DNA from: Atractiella rhizophila
Taxonomy: Eukaryota
Reading direction: 5' to 3'
Assembly: GCA_021432655.1 (NCBI GenBank)
Contig: MU271392.1
Location: 1 to 38,826 of the forward strand
Length of the DNA: 38,826 nt
How positions within the stretch are numbered: the stretch's first letter is position 1; every line of letters starts with the position of its first letter. Under the pieces are notes generated by a model. That model saw only the letters and a program-made list of their open reading frames with translations. It searched no databases and was not told where the DNA came from. Below, in pieces: positions 1 through 11,600 of the stretch. The translations under genes and the position numbers were made by a program.

Positions 1-1229
1 GCAGTCTTTCGTTGATTATCGTCTAGTTGCTCGAGACGTTGAAGAGCCATCTGGAGGTGCTTCCATTGGAAGCGTAGGATGTTGAACAGACGCGTTATGG
101 AAATCAGGTATGGTACGAGGAGGAGCGAGCAATAGATCTGTTGGTCACAAGACAGGCTTCAGTTAGTACCCTTCTTCGTGTAGAAAAGAGTTTGGATAGA
201 GAAGCATACCGTATGAATGATTGAGATTGCCTGACCATATCGCAGGGTCTTGTTGCCTTGAAATTTCAATTCAGTCTCCAAAGCAGCCAAATCTCTCAAG
301 TCAAACAATCCACCAGACTCAGCGATTGCGAGCAAGTCATCAAGTTGAACATAAGTGTCAAGCAGGCGTTCTCTCCAGATCCCAAAGAAAACCGAGATGA
401 CGAAGAGGGGCACGAGTCCGATCGAGACGGTAGTCACGAGCGTCCATTGGAAGAGCTGGGCGTTGATGTTGTATGGGAATCGACTTTGAGCACGCTTGGG
501 CTGCGCCACATTTGTGGACGCTGCGTTCGCTTGCGTCGCATAATAGGCTGCTGGAGCAGAGAGGAGGGCATTATGTGCCGCTGTGAGAGATTGAGTGACC
601 ACAGTGGAGGACAGTAGAGAAGGACGTACCAAGGATACCCGTGATGAGGATTGGGAAGTTGACCAATCTGTCGTTTTGTCAGTCTGAGTCAATAACAGGA
701 AGGAGAGTATGCACCCATGAAAAGTGTCGAAATATGGAAAGTAATCTGCCCGTGAGACCCCATCGATCTTGTAATAGCCAAGTACGAGGACCCAGAAAAA
801 AGCAGAGAAAATGGAGCATCCGACTGGAATGAAGAGGTACACGTTGAGTCGAAAAAACTTGCCTGCTCGCACCTCCCATGTTAGCTGTCTCGCAAATCTT
901 TGAAAGAGGACGACGAACCGGCTTCCCACTTCCAATACCAATCTACATCTTTCCACCACCGAATAACGAGCCCAAGCATCCAAATGAAAATTCCACTATG
1001 CAATCAATTTATCAGCTTTGTCCATCCTGATATCCTGATGGCGGAGGCATGAAAACATCAAACACACGTACAGTGGAATAAGGATTAATGTCGCTAGAAA
1101 GAGTCGTCTAAGAGTGGGGGTGTTCGGTTCGAGGAGAACAGCGAGCCGGAGCTCTTCACGAAGAGCAGTGAATGGATTGGGAAGAGCTTGCCGCTCAATG
1201 AGCGACTGTGATGAAAACTCGTAATCCAT
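1..1229 (-). CDS. Partial multi-exon, multi-pass membrane protein of unknown function; the 3' end runs off the window start
   Basis: Probable ATG at 1229 (MDYEFSSQSLIERQALPNPFTALREEL...). GTACGT donor at 1071. Hydrophobic segments in ORF 159..983 (FIPVGCSIFSAFFWVLVLGYY; WTLVTTVSIGLVPLFVISVFFGIW). No recognised family. Confidence 0.55.
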
Positions 1230-2247
1230 ATTTCTACCGAAGAAAGAATCGTTCGCTGCCTCCACGAGAGACAGATGGACCAGAGACTGCATGTGACTAA
1301 GCCGTTCGAGGAACTGGACGAGATATATGTACAGATGTTGCGGATACCCAGGTAGTCGGAAGCCGGGCGCCACGAGCTATGAGACTGCAGGTGGACGTTG
1401 GCGCAAGGAAAGGGAAGTGGAAGGAGTCCTTGTCAAGGGCGAAAGAGTGCGCAAAAGGGCAAAGAGAAAAGAGGAGGAGCGTTCCAGTCCTTAAAAACAA
1501 ACGTGAGACAGAGCGTGACCTCTGGCGCGAGCTCGGTCGAATTGTAGAAGTCGAGATTAGGCTCGAAAAGTGGGCAACTGCCGCATGGAAAATTGAAGAT
1601 CGAGACAGATAAAGCCGTCCCGCTGAATCGGAAAACGCTCTGGTAATAATTCACTTTCTGCGGAGCTCGCCATGTGCCTCGTCCGCTGTGATCCCAAGTT
1701 AAGTACCGGAGAGGTCGGGGAGGATTGCCAAGGTGCGCTGGCCACCCCGCTGTTGTCACTGTCAGCGCAGTGTCAGGTAGGAGGCTGGCGAAGAGAGGAA
1801 ACAGAGTGAAGTAGGTGGATCCGTGGAACGGGAGGCACAAGAGGTAGTCAATTTGGTGGGATGGAAGGTGGTACATCTGGAACTCAGGGAGTCGTTGAAA
1901 GATCCCACTGTGCTGAATACACGCAGTTCAGGATGGAGATCCGTGACTACATACAATAGTAATGAATGACTTGCTCAATGAACAGAAATGAAGAAGTTGA
2001 GTTTTCAAATCACGTTGTGCTCTAGTTCTATCCCTCTCTCTTCCCGACGGAGTTCAGACTGAAGTCACACAGAACAACGTTGGAGCACGCATTCAGCCTT
2101 GCACTGGTACAAGACGTACCCGCATTGAACTAGCAGTAACGAGGGTGGAGGTAAGTCCAAATGTTATGGGGTTTAAGGTATTGATCATGGAATTGCCATA
2201 GCTTTTGGTAAACATCGAAGGAGAGGCATGTGATAACAGGCAATCGA

Positions 2248-2960
2248 TTAGTAGACGAATCCCAGAATTTTACCAGCAACGTGTTTCCGCCTGGCTTCTT
2301 CGTGGTCCATGATTCCGCTGGACGTGGTCTACAACAACCGAAATGTCAGTCATTATTTTGCCTTTCCAAAGCATAGGGGAGAAAGCGAGACTTACGAGGA
2401 TAATGTATCCGAAAGAACGGGAGGGGAGGAGGTGGTTGACCCAGTTCTCGATCTGGTTGAGCTGGACGTTGAATCGAGGGGAGATGACACCGCACTTGTT
2501 GATACGTCCATTGAGCTGAATAACGATTTTACCGGATCGGTGGTCGTCGATCTCCTCAAATTCGTTAATGTATCCTAATAAGGAGCAACAAGTCAGCCTC
2601 GCAGCTATGAAAAGATGGCGAAGAGGAAGCGAGGAAAAGACGTACCGTGCTTCTGCATCACGGTCAAAAAGCGGACGATAACCTTGCTCGAGGGTCGGAT
2701 GAGCACTTGTCGCTTCCCCTTCCTCTCGGCATTCACAATGTTGTTGAGACAGTCGGCAAGTACTGAGACACGCTAGAAGAAGAAGCAGTGAATCAGCCTT
2801 CAAGTTCTTCACAGATGTCGTGGTGCACTCTTGTTATCAGCTGAGCAAGCGAGTTGAAGGAAGCTGGTGCATTATCTGTCTCGCACAGATTTCACCTCCA
2901 CCCCGCCCACAAGCTGTACAGAGACTACCACTTAGGGGAAAGGATGAAAGGACATACCAT
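2248..2960 (-). CDS. RPS22: 40S ribosomal protein uS8 (S22/S15a), 4 coding exons
   Basis: Exons 2960-2958 (ATG), 2772-2646, 2574-2396 and 2328-2248 give [80 protein letters not shown]...[26 protein letters not shown]. All introns are GT-AG. Confidence 0.97.
2813..2928 (-). ncRNA. Candidate intronic box H/ACA snoRNA (or other structured RNA) in RPS22 intron 1
   Basis: On the minus strand: hairpin GTCTC-tGTACAG...CTGTGC-GAGAC, then an ANANNA H box AGATAA (2877-2872), a second hairpin closed by TGCAC/GTGCA, then ACA (2818-2816). The intron is 185 nt, versus about 67-71 nt for the other RPS22 introns. Confidence 0.45.
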
Positions 2961-3276
2961 GATGTATGATTTGACCTAAATCTCCCAACAAAAACTTTCA
3001 AAGCTGTCTTTCGAGTCTAACAAACAAGAAAGGTGGTTGAACAAGGCGAGAATCGCGCAAGCAGTGCCACCAGCGTACCTGGACCGTTTGCTCCTCCTTG
3101 TCTCGCCTTACCGTGCCGTGTGGTAGGTCGTTCTTCGTGCAGAAAGATCGACGGTGCTGCGCAGAAAAACAGAAAGCCACTATTTGCCTGCCAAAAACGC
3201 ACTCACCATCAACCAGGTCCAACTCAAAGGAGGATTCACAGGTCAGGTCTTTCTCTTTCATCACTAAACATTCAAA
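2961..3276. promoter_or_regulatory. Probable bidirectional promoter shared by RPS22 and RPS17
   Basis: 316 bp separate the two divergent ATGs (2960 on minus, 3277 on plus). Confidence 0.7.
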
Positions 3277-3854
3277 ATGGTGAGCGTTTCTATGTTCTTA
3301 TTGCAATTGGGAAGGAAATGTTCATTCTGTGTGGAAACGAAATGATAGGGACGAGTGCGCACGAAGACCGTCAAGCGAGCTTCTCGAGTGATCATTGAGA
3401 AATACTACCCACGTCTCACGCTCGACTTCCACACCAACAAGCGTATCGCTGATGAAGTCGCCCTCATCCCGTCGAAGCGTCTGAGGAACAAGATCGCCGG
3501 CTTCACCACCCACTTGATGAAGCGAATCCAGCGCGGACCCGTCAGGGGAATCTCTTTCAAGCTGCAGGAAGAGGAGAGGGAGAGGAAGGATCAATACGTG
3601 CCCGAGATCTCTGCTCTGGACGTTGGACAAATGGGTGGTCTCACCGTCGACCAGGACACCAAGGTGCGCTTTCGCTCCGTAAATTGCTTTGGGAGAGTCA
3701 TTGAAGGTATTTCTGTGTACAATAGGCTCTCCTCACGAAACTTGGCTTCGATTCTCTTACTGTCACCGTCGAACAAACTGCCACTGCTGCACCAAGGGAA
3801 CGGTTCGGAAGGAGGGACGGACCGCCTGGCGCGAGGAGACAGAGGGACGAGTGA
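3277..3854 (+). CDS. RPS17: 40S ribosomal protein eS17, 3 coding exons
   Basis: Exons 3277-3279 (ATG|GTGAGC), 3349-3663 and 3726-3854 give [87 protein letters not shown]... Confidence 0.97.
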
Positions 3855-4174
3855 TTTTTCGACTCAATGTCATGGTTATGGTACGATATGCGTATGCTTT
3901 ATGCAAAAATTCTTTTCATCAGACTGTGATGCAATTTGCCATTTGCGCTTGATCGCGTTGAACGATGAACCACATCATTCCGAATGACGAATCACTTATA
4001 GTCGACTGCGTAACGAGTGCTCTTCTGTTTCTCGAAGCATTGCATGAGCTCTATTAAGAGAACTCCCGTTAGAACCAAGGGAACGAAAGTAGAATTGATA
4101 GTGCTCACGATCACAAACGAGATATTCTGGTGATAATGAAGTTCGCCCGAGATCGTGGATGACGGATCTAAGGA

Positions 4175-5176
4175 TCAGAGATAGTCCTTTCCACCTTTAT
4201 ACTCGATCCTCATTCCACTCTCTCTCACTTCGACCAAAAGGGCCTTCGACCCGAAGAACTGGCGGATCTCCTTTTCTTTCTCTGGTGGGAAGAGGAAGCC
4301 TGCGCGGATGGATAACTAGATTTTTCAATTTTCGTTTCAGTTTTTTGTTTTGTAAGCCACTAACTGTGGAGACGAACCTCTGCTTTCGCTTGCGAGTTTT
4401 GAAGGGACTTGATGTCCAGCCACCAGTGCGAGAACATCTTGAGGCACTGAAAGATCTTCCGGTCTTCCCTTTCGCTTTTGGTTTCGAGAGAGGCAGATGG
4501 GGAATCGAGGCAGAGAATGATGGAGATGTTTCGCTTTATCCAACATAAAATTCAGCCTGGATGAAGAAGCTAGCTAGAAAGAAAAGAAAAGAACCTGGTG
4601 CAGCGTTTGGGACAGTGAGCGAAAGAATCGAACCACTTCCAACTCTTCCATTCCCTCGTGGTCATTGGCGGAAAACAGTACAGATCCCGATCCCAAAGAC
4701 CAAACCAAAGAGGAGATGTCATCCCAGACGACCTTTGCACCTTCCTCCAACCCGTCGAGCTCCTTCAAAACCATTTCTTCCAGTTCAGCCAGCACCTTCT
4801 TGACATCTTCCAGTTCTGTCCAGCTGTATCTGCCGAGTATCGCTTGACCGTCTATGAAGATGGGTTGTTGGGAGTTACGGAGTCCGTGTCGTTGGAGGAT
4901 GGAAGTGTAGTGCGACTGAGGGAGGCGGAAGTGGATAAGGGCACTGCTTCTTCCTTTTGTTTTTGCAGAATTGGCATTCGGATCAGCTATGTTGGTCCTA
5001 ACGGTGAGATTGATGTTGGATGGTACAGTATTGGCGTCGCTGTTGGAAGGCACTGGGGAATAGCCGGAAAGGAGCGAGGGGAAGAGGAATGTTGATGGAA
5101 GCTGGCTAGTGGAAGTGACGAGCAGGGTCTGGGCTGTGGATGAGGATGGAAAAGTGAAGACATCTGATAGGAGCAT
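4175..5176 (-). CDS. ELP6: Elongator complex subunit 6-like protein (RecA-fold), 3 exons
   Basis: Features: TLLVTSTSQLPSTFL; HFRLPQSHYTSILQRHGL; VVWDDISSLVW; FFRSLSQTL. The spliced C-terminus reads ...MFSHWWLDIKSLQNSQAKAE|LSIRAG...VEVRESGMRIEYKGGKDYL*. This pattern fits ELP6. Confidence 0.7.
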
Positions 5177-6197
5177 GGTCGTGATCGTGACTTTCGAGCT
5201 GGAAGCAGCAGAGCTTGCCCTTCCCGATTGAAAGCTTGAATGCGCCAACGCGCGTCAACCTGCGCTCTTCCAAGGGCTTCTCCACTCCTTTACACCTTCA
5301 CGCCGCTGAAAGTTCCAAGAGCATTAGGTCTTCTTCTACTGAAGATATGGCGGGATAGTGGAATGATCCTAACGTTCCAGCTACTATTATGTGGAATACC
5401 TTTAATCCCCGGAACTGATTGATAGCTTGGACTGGAGTGATGGTCCATGTAGACCTTTGCGTTTGAATGGAGGGAGAATAAAGTTGGAGAGAGGGCCTAA
5501 ATGTACTCAAGGAGGCGCGAATGGTAGTGACGATTGTCTCCGTCACGGGGCGCTTCATCCAACTTGAAAAATACCCTCCGGCTTCCAGAACCTTGATATC
5601 CCGAATCATTCCCTTCCGTCCTCCAGATATCCACTTTTGTCATGCAAGCGTCCACCTAAACTGGTGGTCCACCACAATAGCGGAAGGTCAGACTTGGAAT
5701 CGGAAGGTGGATGCAGGCACCAAAAGATGACGAGAGTTGGGGAGTTTTCAAAACAATAATACGTCCTGGGGATCGAGAGGAAATGACTTTGGGTTGCGAG
5801 CGAGAGTTTTATATTCATATTGTTTCTTAAATACACGATAAATTCTAGAAAAGAGTAGAATGTTGGCCAGCTGTTAGGAGTCAATTTGCAAGAATTTTGC
5901 TCCAGCATTCTATTGCACAGCTCCTGCACCTTACAAGGCAAGTTGAAAGTAAGAATGATGACAAAATGCCACCTGATAATTCCAATGACTTAGCTTGACC
6001 CAATATTCCACAGAACAAACTTGGATGAATCCCTGAATCGAGTAAATCTGATTAAAGTTCAATAAACGTTACGTTCATTGTTATTCCAGCCAGCGGCCGA
6101 ACCTAATTTCATTCAGCATTCAGCATCAAGAATTGAGAAAAGCAGATTTTCAAGCTCTCTTGTTGCAGTCGCCAGACAACGGAGGACTAAACAAGAG

Positions 6198-7453
6198 ATG
6201 ACCTCGAACTCGACATATCACATATCCTCTACGATACCCTCTATCCTGACAGACACCCCCTCCCAACCCTCACCACTCCCTACCTCTCAACCTCAACTTC
6301 ACCCTCCACCGACTTCCGCTTCAGCGTCAACTTCAAAGAAGGACAAGGAGGATGGGAGAGTGGATGCGGAAAGGGATGGGTATGGAGCGAATTCACGAGG
6401 CTGGCCCGTGGTGAGAATCGGGAAGAATGGGAAGATGCAGGGATACATCAAGGCGTCGTTGACCCATTTACTCGTCAGTGAACATCTATTCTTCCTTTCT
6501 TCTCCTATAGTACCTCAAACAGCTTATAATATTGTATTGTCACAGAACGGTGCAACTTGTATCGTGCTCACATCCGAGCCCTCCTCCTCACCTCCACGTG
6601 CTACCACGACAGCCGCAGGTGCAGTTGGAACTACCGAACTAGAAGAAGGAGAAACCGATGCTGCGGCTTCCAAGGAAAGAGAAGGAGAAGAGGAGGAGGA
6701 AGCCGAGAAAGAAGAGAAAGGCACAAAGAAGCGGAAACGCACGGCCGCGGATGCCGTCCCCAAGCTCATCTCGTGCTGTGAGCTTGTGAAGCGGGAGTGG
6801 AGGAGGCAGGTGGCCGCCGTGTCCTCTTCCTCTGCCTCCTCCGCCTCCCACTCGAAGGCGAAAAACGCGAAGAGTGATGATAAAGAGGAAGGAGCTGCTG
6901 GGATGGAGGTGGATGATGAGGAGGGGGGAGAAGGAGAGGTGGATTTTGATCCGCCCGCTAAGGAAGGAGAGGCAAAGGTAGAGGGGGAGGGGAGGAAGAG
7001 GATGTGGAAGGGAGAGTTGGAGCAGTATAATGAGATTGGATGTTCTTTAGCACCGAAGAATGACGACGAGGTGGTGATGGACTTTATGGCTGGAGGGAAG
7101 CGGTTCGTCTTTCCCAACTATTTTTTTCCTTCTCTTTTTGATATATTAGGCGTAGGGCGAAGTTGCATCATGAGCCATTCATGAGGATTTACCTGTGTAC
7201 AGAGCGTATGGAAGAGCTGGAAGGGAAGCCATTGATTACGTATGTCCCTCATCCCATGCTCCGATATATCATTCCATTCCATTCAAATGGGTACGGCAAC
7301 TGATGTTGTTACATTTTGCGATGTGGAAGGTATCAACCTCCATCGGGTGTTCCGGCGAAGAAACCACGGAAGCGGTCGCGTCCGAACCAGAACCAGAGCT
7401 CGAAATCGGAGGGAGGTCATGGAGCTGTTCCCACCAAAGAGAAGAATAAATGA
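6198..7453 (+). CDS. Alba-like/Rpp25(Pop6)-type nucleic-acid-binding protein with acidic low-complexity inserts, 4 exons
   Basis: Conserved-looking blocks VRIGKNGKMQGYIKASL, DAVPKLISCCELVKRE, LEQYNEIG and (after splicing) HEPFMRIYLCTERMEEL...TYQPP. Introns start GTCAGT (6474), GTTCGT (7103) and GTATGT (7240). Confidence 0.55.
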
Positions 7454-7475
7454 AATGAGCATCCAATCCATCCTA

Positions 7476-8462
7476 TCAAGGGGAAAAGAGCAAAGAGCAA
7501 GAAGCATACAGCAAAGAGTAAAGAAAGAAAGGAGACGTACCTTTCTTCTTCTTTCCCAACCTCTCCTTCCTCCTAAGTTCAACCAACTTCTTCACCCTCT
7601 CCACCCTCTTATCTCCCTCCAATTGCTCCCTTTCCTCCTCCAACATCCGCTCCACCATTTCTTCCCTTTCCTCTCTCGCCATCCGCTCCGCCCTCTGCTC
7701 CTCACTCTCAATCGGCTCTTCTTCCTCTTCTTCCCCTTCAACAATACCCTCCATCCCACCTCCTTCTGCATGCGAAGAGTCCCCGTACATGACCGCGTTG
7801 CCGCTGATCGTTGAAGTGGAGGAATATACAATAGCGGACCCTGAGTTGTTGACGTTGTTGGCGTCGTTCGTGTTGGTGGTGGTCGGGTTGAAGGTGTGCG
7901 AGCGGTTGAGGTTGAGGTTGAGAGAGGAGGAAGAGGGACCGAGGACGGAAGCTTCGAAGGCGGCCCATTCAGGGTCTTCTTCTTCTGCGTTCGCATTCTG
8001 TGGAGGAGGGAGAGCGGCAGACCCTTTCCCTGTCGCTTTCTCTTGCGGATTCTGAGGTGGCGCATCGAAGAAGTCTGACGGGAGGTCTCCTTCCACTCTT
8101 GCTTTCTTCGCTTCTCTCCCATTCACCACAACTTCCTCATCCATACTGACGTCTACATCACCATCCACCTCCTCCAACCTTCTCTTTCCTCCCTTCCTTC
8201 CCTCATTAGCATCCACATCCACACTCTCCACCACCTCCCTCCTCCTCCGCTCCTCCTCCCTCTCCCTCTCCTTCTCCTTCTTAGCAACAGCGACCCGATG
8301 CCCCTTGCTCTGCAGATGCGCCCCCCACAGCTGGTCTCCGCCCTTGATGGGCGTGCCGCAGAGGGAACAGGAGAGCGCGTTCGAGTGCGAGTAGCGCGCG
8401 TAGGGATGGGTGAGGCGCGAGGAGAGCGTCTTGCTCTTCATGAGCGTGCGTAAGGAGGCCAT
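7476..8462 (-). CDS. ZNF830/CCDC16-like C2H2 zinc-finger spliceosomal protein
   Basis: MASLRTLMK...RLTHPYARY...LSCSLC...LWGAHLQSKGH zinc finger; LPSDFFD motif; DPEWAAFE; C-terminal E/R-rich coiled coil. The 3' end is uncertain: stop at 7476 unspliced, or at 7417 if intron 7540-7473 is used. Confidence 0.75.
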   Translation of the reverse strand: MASLRTLMKSKTLSSRLTHPYARYSHSNALSCSLCGTPIKGGDQLWGAHLQSKGHRVAVAKKEKEREREEERRRREVVESVDVDANEGRKGGKRRLEEVDGDVDVSMDEEVVVNGREAKKARVEGDLPSDFFDAPPQNPQEKATGKGSAALPPPQNANAEEEDPEWAAFEASVLGPSSSSLNLNLNRSHTFNPTTTNTNDANNVNNSGSAIVYSSTSTISGNAVMYGDSSHAEGGGMEGIVEGEEEEEEPIESEEQRAERMAREEREEMVERMLEEEREQLEGDKRVERVKKLVELRRKERLGKKKKGTSPFFLYSLLYASCSLLFSP

Positions 8463-8643
8463 CTTGTCCCCGCCTTCTCCTGTCTCTTCTTCTGCTGCTG
8501 GTTCTGGTTCTGAGTGGTCTCTGTGTCGATGTTGATGACTCACGGGCAGGAGTGGAATGGAGGCAACAACCAACGAAACTGAACGAGCCAAGCTGCAATT
8601 GGTGGTGGATGAGTCTGCAGTATACTTGTACGGGTAGATAACC

Positions 8644-11600
8644 ATGTCCATCCCACACTCGCTCGCCCTCTCTTCACGCTCTCCCTCCCTCATCGCCCGC
8701 GTATTCAGCACCTCCTCCCCGTCCGCACACTTCCCCTTTGTCGCCTCCGACCCTCACTCTGTGGAGTCAGCCACCGACTATGTAGTAGTCACACCGTTGG
8801 ATGATTTGGCTGGGAAGGAGTGGTTGTTTGAGAAAGGGAGGGGACGCGGAGAGGGTGAGAGTAAGGACGGTGAGGTTGGAGTGTGGAAAGGGAAGAAGAG
8901 GAAGCGGTCTGCTTCTCTTGATGCTGAAACAGAAGTTTCTGCGTCAGTCGATGCTTCAAAGACGAAGGGAAAGGGAAAGGGAAAGGAGAAGGAGCCGACC
9001 ATTCCATCCACGCGACTCCACCTCCCTCCGCTTCCCGCCGACCCAACAACAGCTACAGCAGGGACGTCTGGAGAAGGGACGGGGACGGAAGAGAAGAGCA
9101 GGTGGAAGATAGTCCACCTCGCCTTCTTCTCCTCCTCCCTCCTCGTCCTCTCTCAATCCCTTCCCTCAATCCACTCCTCCACAGCTCCTTCGTCCTCCTC
9201 TCACGTCCTTCCATCCCCACCTCTCCCGACAATCATCAGGGCGACGACTTGGAACACGGCGTCCATACCCTTCAAGACGGCGCACGACGTCCTTCTCCCT
9301 CTGTCTTCACCTGCTGAACTGCTCTCCGTGCGCATCCTGCAGGTCCGTACTTTCGGCATTATCTTCTGAAGGAGATGGAAGGGCTGACGAGTGTGGTTGG
9401 GTAAGGAACGTGGACCGGAACTAGTCGCCATCTTCTCAAATGGCCAAATAGCCCTAATCGCCCTCCCTCCTCCAAACCTCCTCCCCAAACAGGACCCTCA
9501 ACTCCTCACCGCTCAGATCCCTCTCATCGAAGGTTCCGCTGAAGAATGGAGGTTGACTTGTTCAGCCGTGTCAAGTGTGGATGGACGTTCGTGTCCTTTT
9601 CTCTTGCTCTCGATTTGGACAAGTCTGATTGCTTGTTTGGGTGGGACAGAGAAACCAATAAAGTTCCTTATAGCTCACCACGCCGTTCATCGTCCACACT
9701 CACCTTCCATCCCCTTCCCTTCCCTCCCTCTCCCTCAGCCTACGAACGCAGACGCAGGTATAGGAGAAGGAGAAGCAAAGTCCACGCCACTTCCGATCTC
9801 CATGGCCATGGCCGTCGACGGTCCCCTTCCATTGCTCCCTCCTCCAACAACGACCTCTCCCGACGGACGAGGAGATGCACACCTCGCCTCCCTCGCGGTT
9901 ATCGGAGCTGAGGGGGAGGGAGGAGGTGAAGCGGATATGGGGATGAATGTGAATGGAATGTTTGGGGATGCGGAGACTACAAATGCGTTGCTTAATTCCA
10001 TCACTTCTTCTTTGAATCATCAACAACAACAACAGGTGGAGGGACAAGGTGTAGGCCACGAAGATGATGCGGAGCTGGGGATGGGAATGGGTATCGGCGC
10101 TGGGATTGGGATTGGAGCGGACGACGATTATTCGTTCATGTTTGATAGCAGTTTAGAGAACACCACGATGGACGACCTCGACAAAGGTTTCGGGGGCTCC
10201 GTCTCCTCTAACCTCAACCTCAACCTCGGAGTCGGAGTCGGAGGCGACGGGGACGATGTGAACTTGCTCTCTGGGTTGGACAGCTTGACTTCCACGGCTG
10301 CGGCTGGGTTGGGTGTAGGGGGAGGGACAGGTTTTGGAGCAGGGGATGTGAAGAGACTGTTGGGCGATAGAGAGAAGGAAGAGGAGAGGACCGAGATCCT
10401 CCTCTGCTTCGTTCTCGAGGGTACTCTCCGTATACAGTCCGTCAAGAGACTCTTGGACGCGTCGAAGGTGGTGGCCATGGAATGGGTGGGAAGCGACGAA
10501 CTCCTCGTCCTCGAGAACGGTTCCGGGTCAGGTTCGGGGGCAGGGGAGGGAGAGGAGGGAGAGATGAAGGTGTGGAAAGTGGAAAGGAGCTTGAAGACGC
10601 TGAGCAAGAGCTTCAAGTCCTTGTTTCCGGAGAAGAAGAAGGATTGGAACCTGCCCCTCGAATGGGTGAGCACGTTTCCTTTCTATCGTGTGTGCACGCG
10701 AGTATGCGCTGATGTGACGTGCTTGTGCTTGCGGTGTCTGGTATGAATAGACGGTTATGTGCACGAAGGAAAATACGATCGTGGGAATTTCCCCTAGACG
10801 GATGGAGGTCAGGGAGGGCAAGGCCTGCGTCCTTGGCCTCGACACCAGTGTTGGGGGGACGGATGGGGGAAGAGGAACTGAGAAGCTGTGTACCGTCGAC
10901 CTGTGCGTGCCCCTGTCTTCCTCTCAACTTTCAACAGCGTTTGACTGATGAGTGATTAACCAGGGAGACATTGCAGCTAGTCGGTGAGAAGAGCTTAGAA
11001 GTCGATGGAGGTACGTTTTCCCTCGTTGGGTCTTGAAGATACCACTGATATCGGTTTCGTCGTGCCAAGGTTTCAAAGACATGATTTTCTCGCCTGATTT
11101 CACACTCGCATTCCTCGACACCACGACCACAATCCAAGCCCACACCTTATTCGACCTCTCTCGTTCGTCCACCTTTTCCTTTTATCCTCGACTCAAATTG
11201 ACGTGCAACTAGTGCCATCTGTCCCCACCGACCCAAACATCCAATACCGTGTCATAGGCGAAAGCCTCGCCAATTCCATCCTGTCGGGAAGAACGGCGAC
11301 ACCGCTTCTCATCCTGCTTTCCAAGTTCTCGACAGAGGCGGTGACCGCTGTCATAAAGTACATGTACGCGAAGGCCCAGCTTCGGTTGGGGCAAAGAATA
11401 TTGGAGAGATCTCCTTTGGTGATGCATCTGTTGGGAGTGCAGGCAGAATTGTTCAAGTACGCTGCCCTTCCATCTTTAGTTGCGAATGTGTGTTTGATGC
11501 TCTCGCTCAAAAGACACAAGGCTCCGCTGAGGAGCAAGCTCTGTTTAGATCTCCTCAGCCTCTGCTTTACTGACCTTGCAATCACCAAATATTACATGAT

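Noticed and set aside
3201..3209. Upstream ATG|GTGAGT on the minus strand as an alternative first exon of RPS22 (would give MVKSYIMRVSVL)
   Set aside because: It lies only about 68 bp from the RPS17 ATG, leaving no promoter space, and the required acceptor near 2977 has no clear branch point.
6524..10673. Numerous long antisense or alternate-frame ORFs over the Alba-like, ZNF830-like and MED16 genes
   Set aside because: These are shadows of low-complexity GA/CT-rich coding sequence that lacks stop codons; they have no independent motifs.
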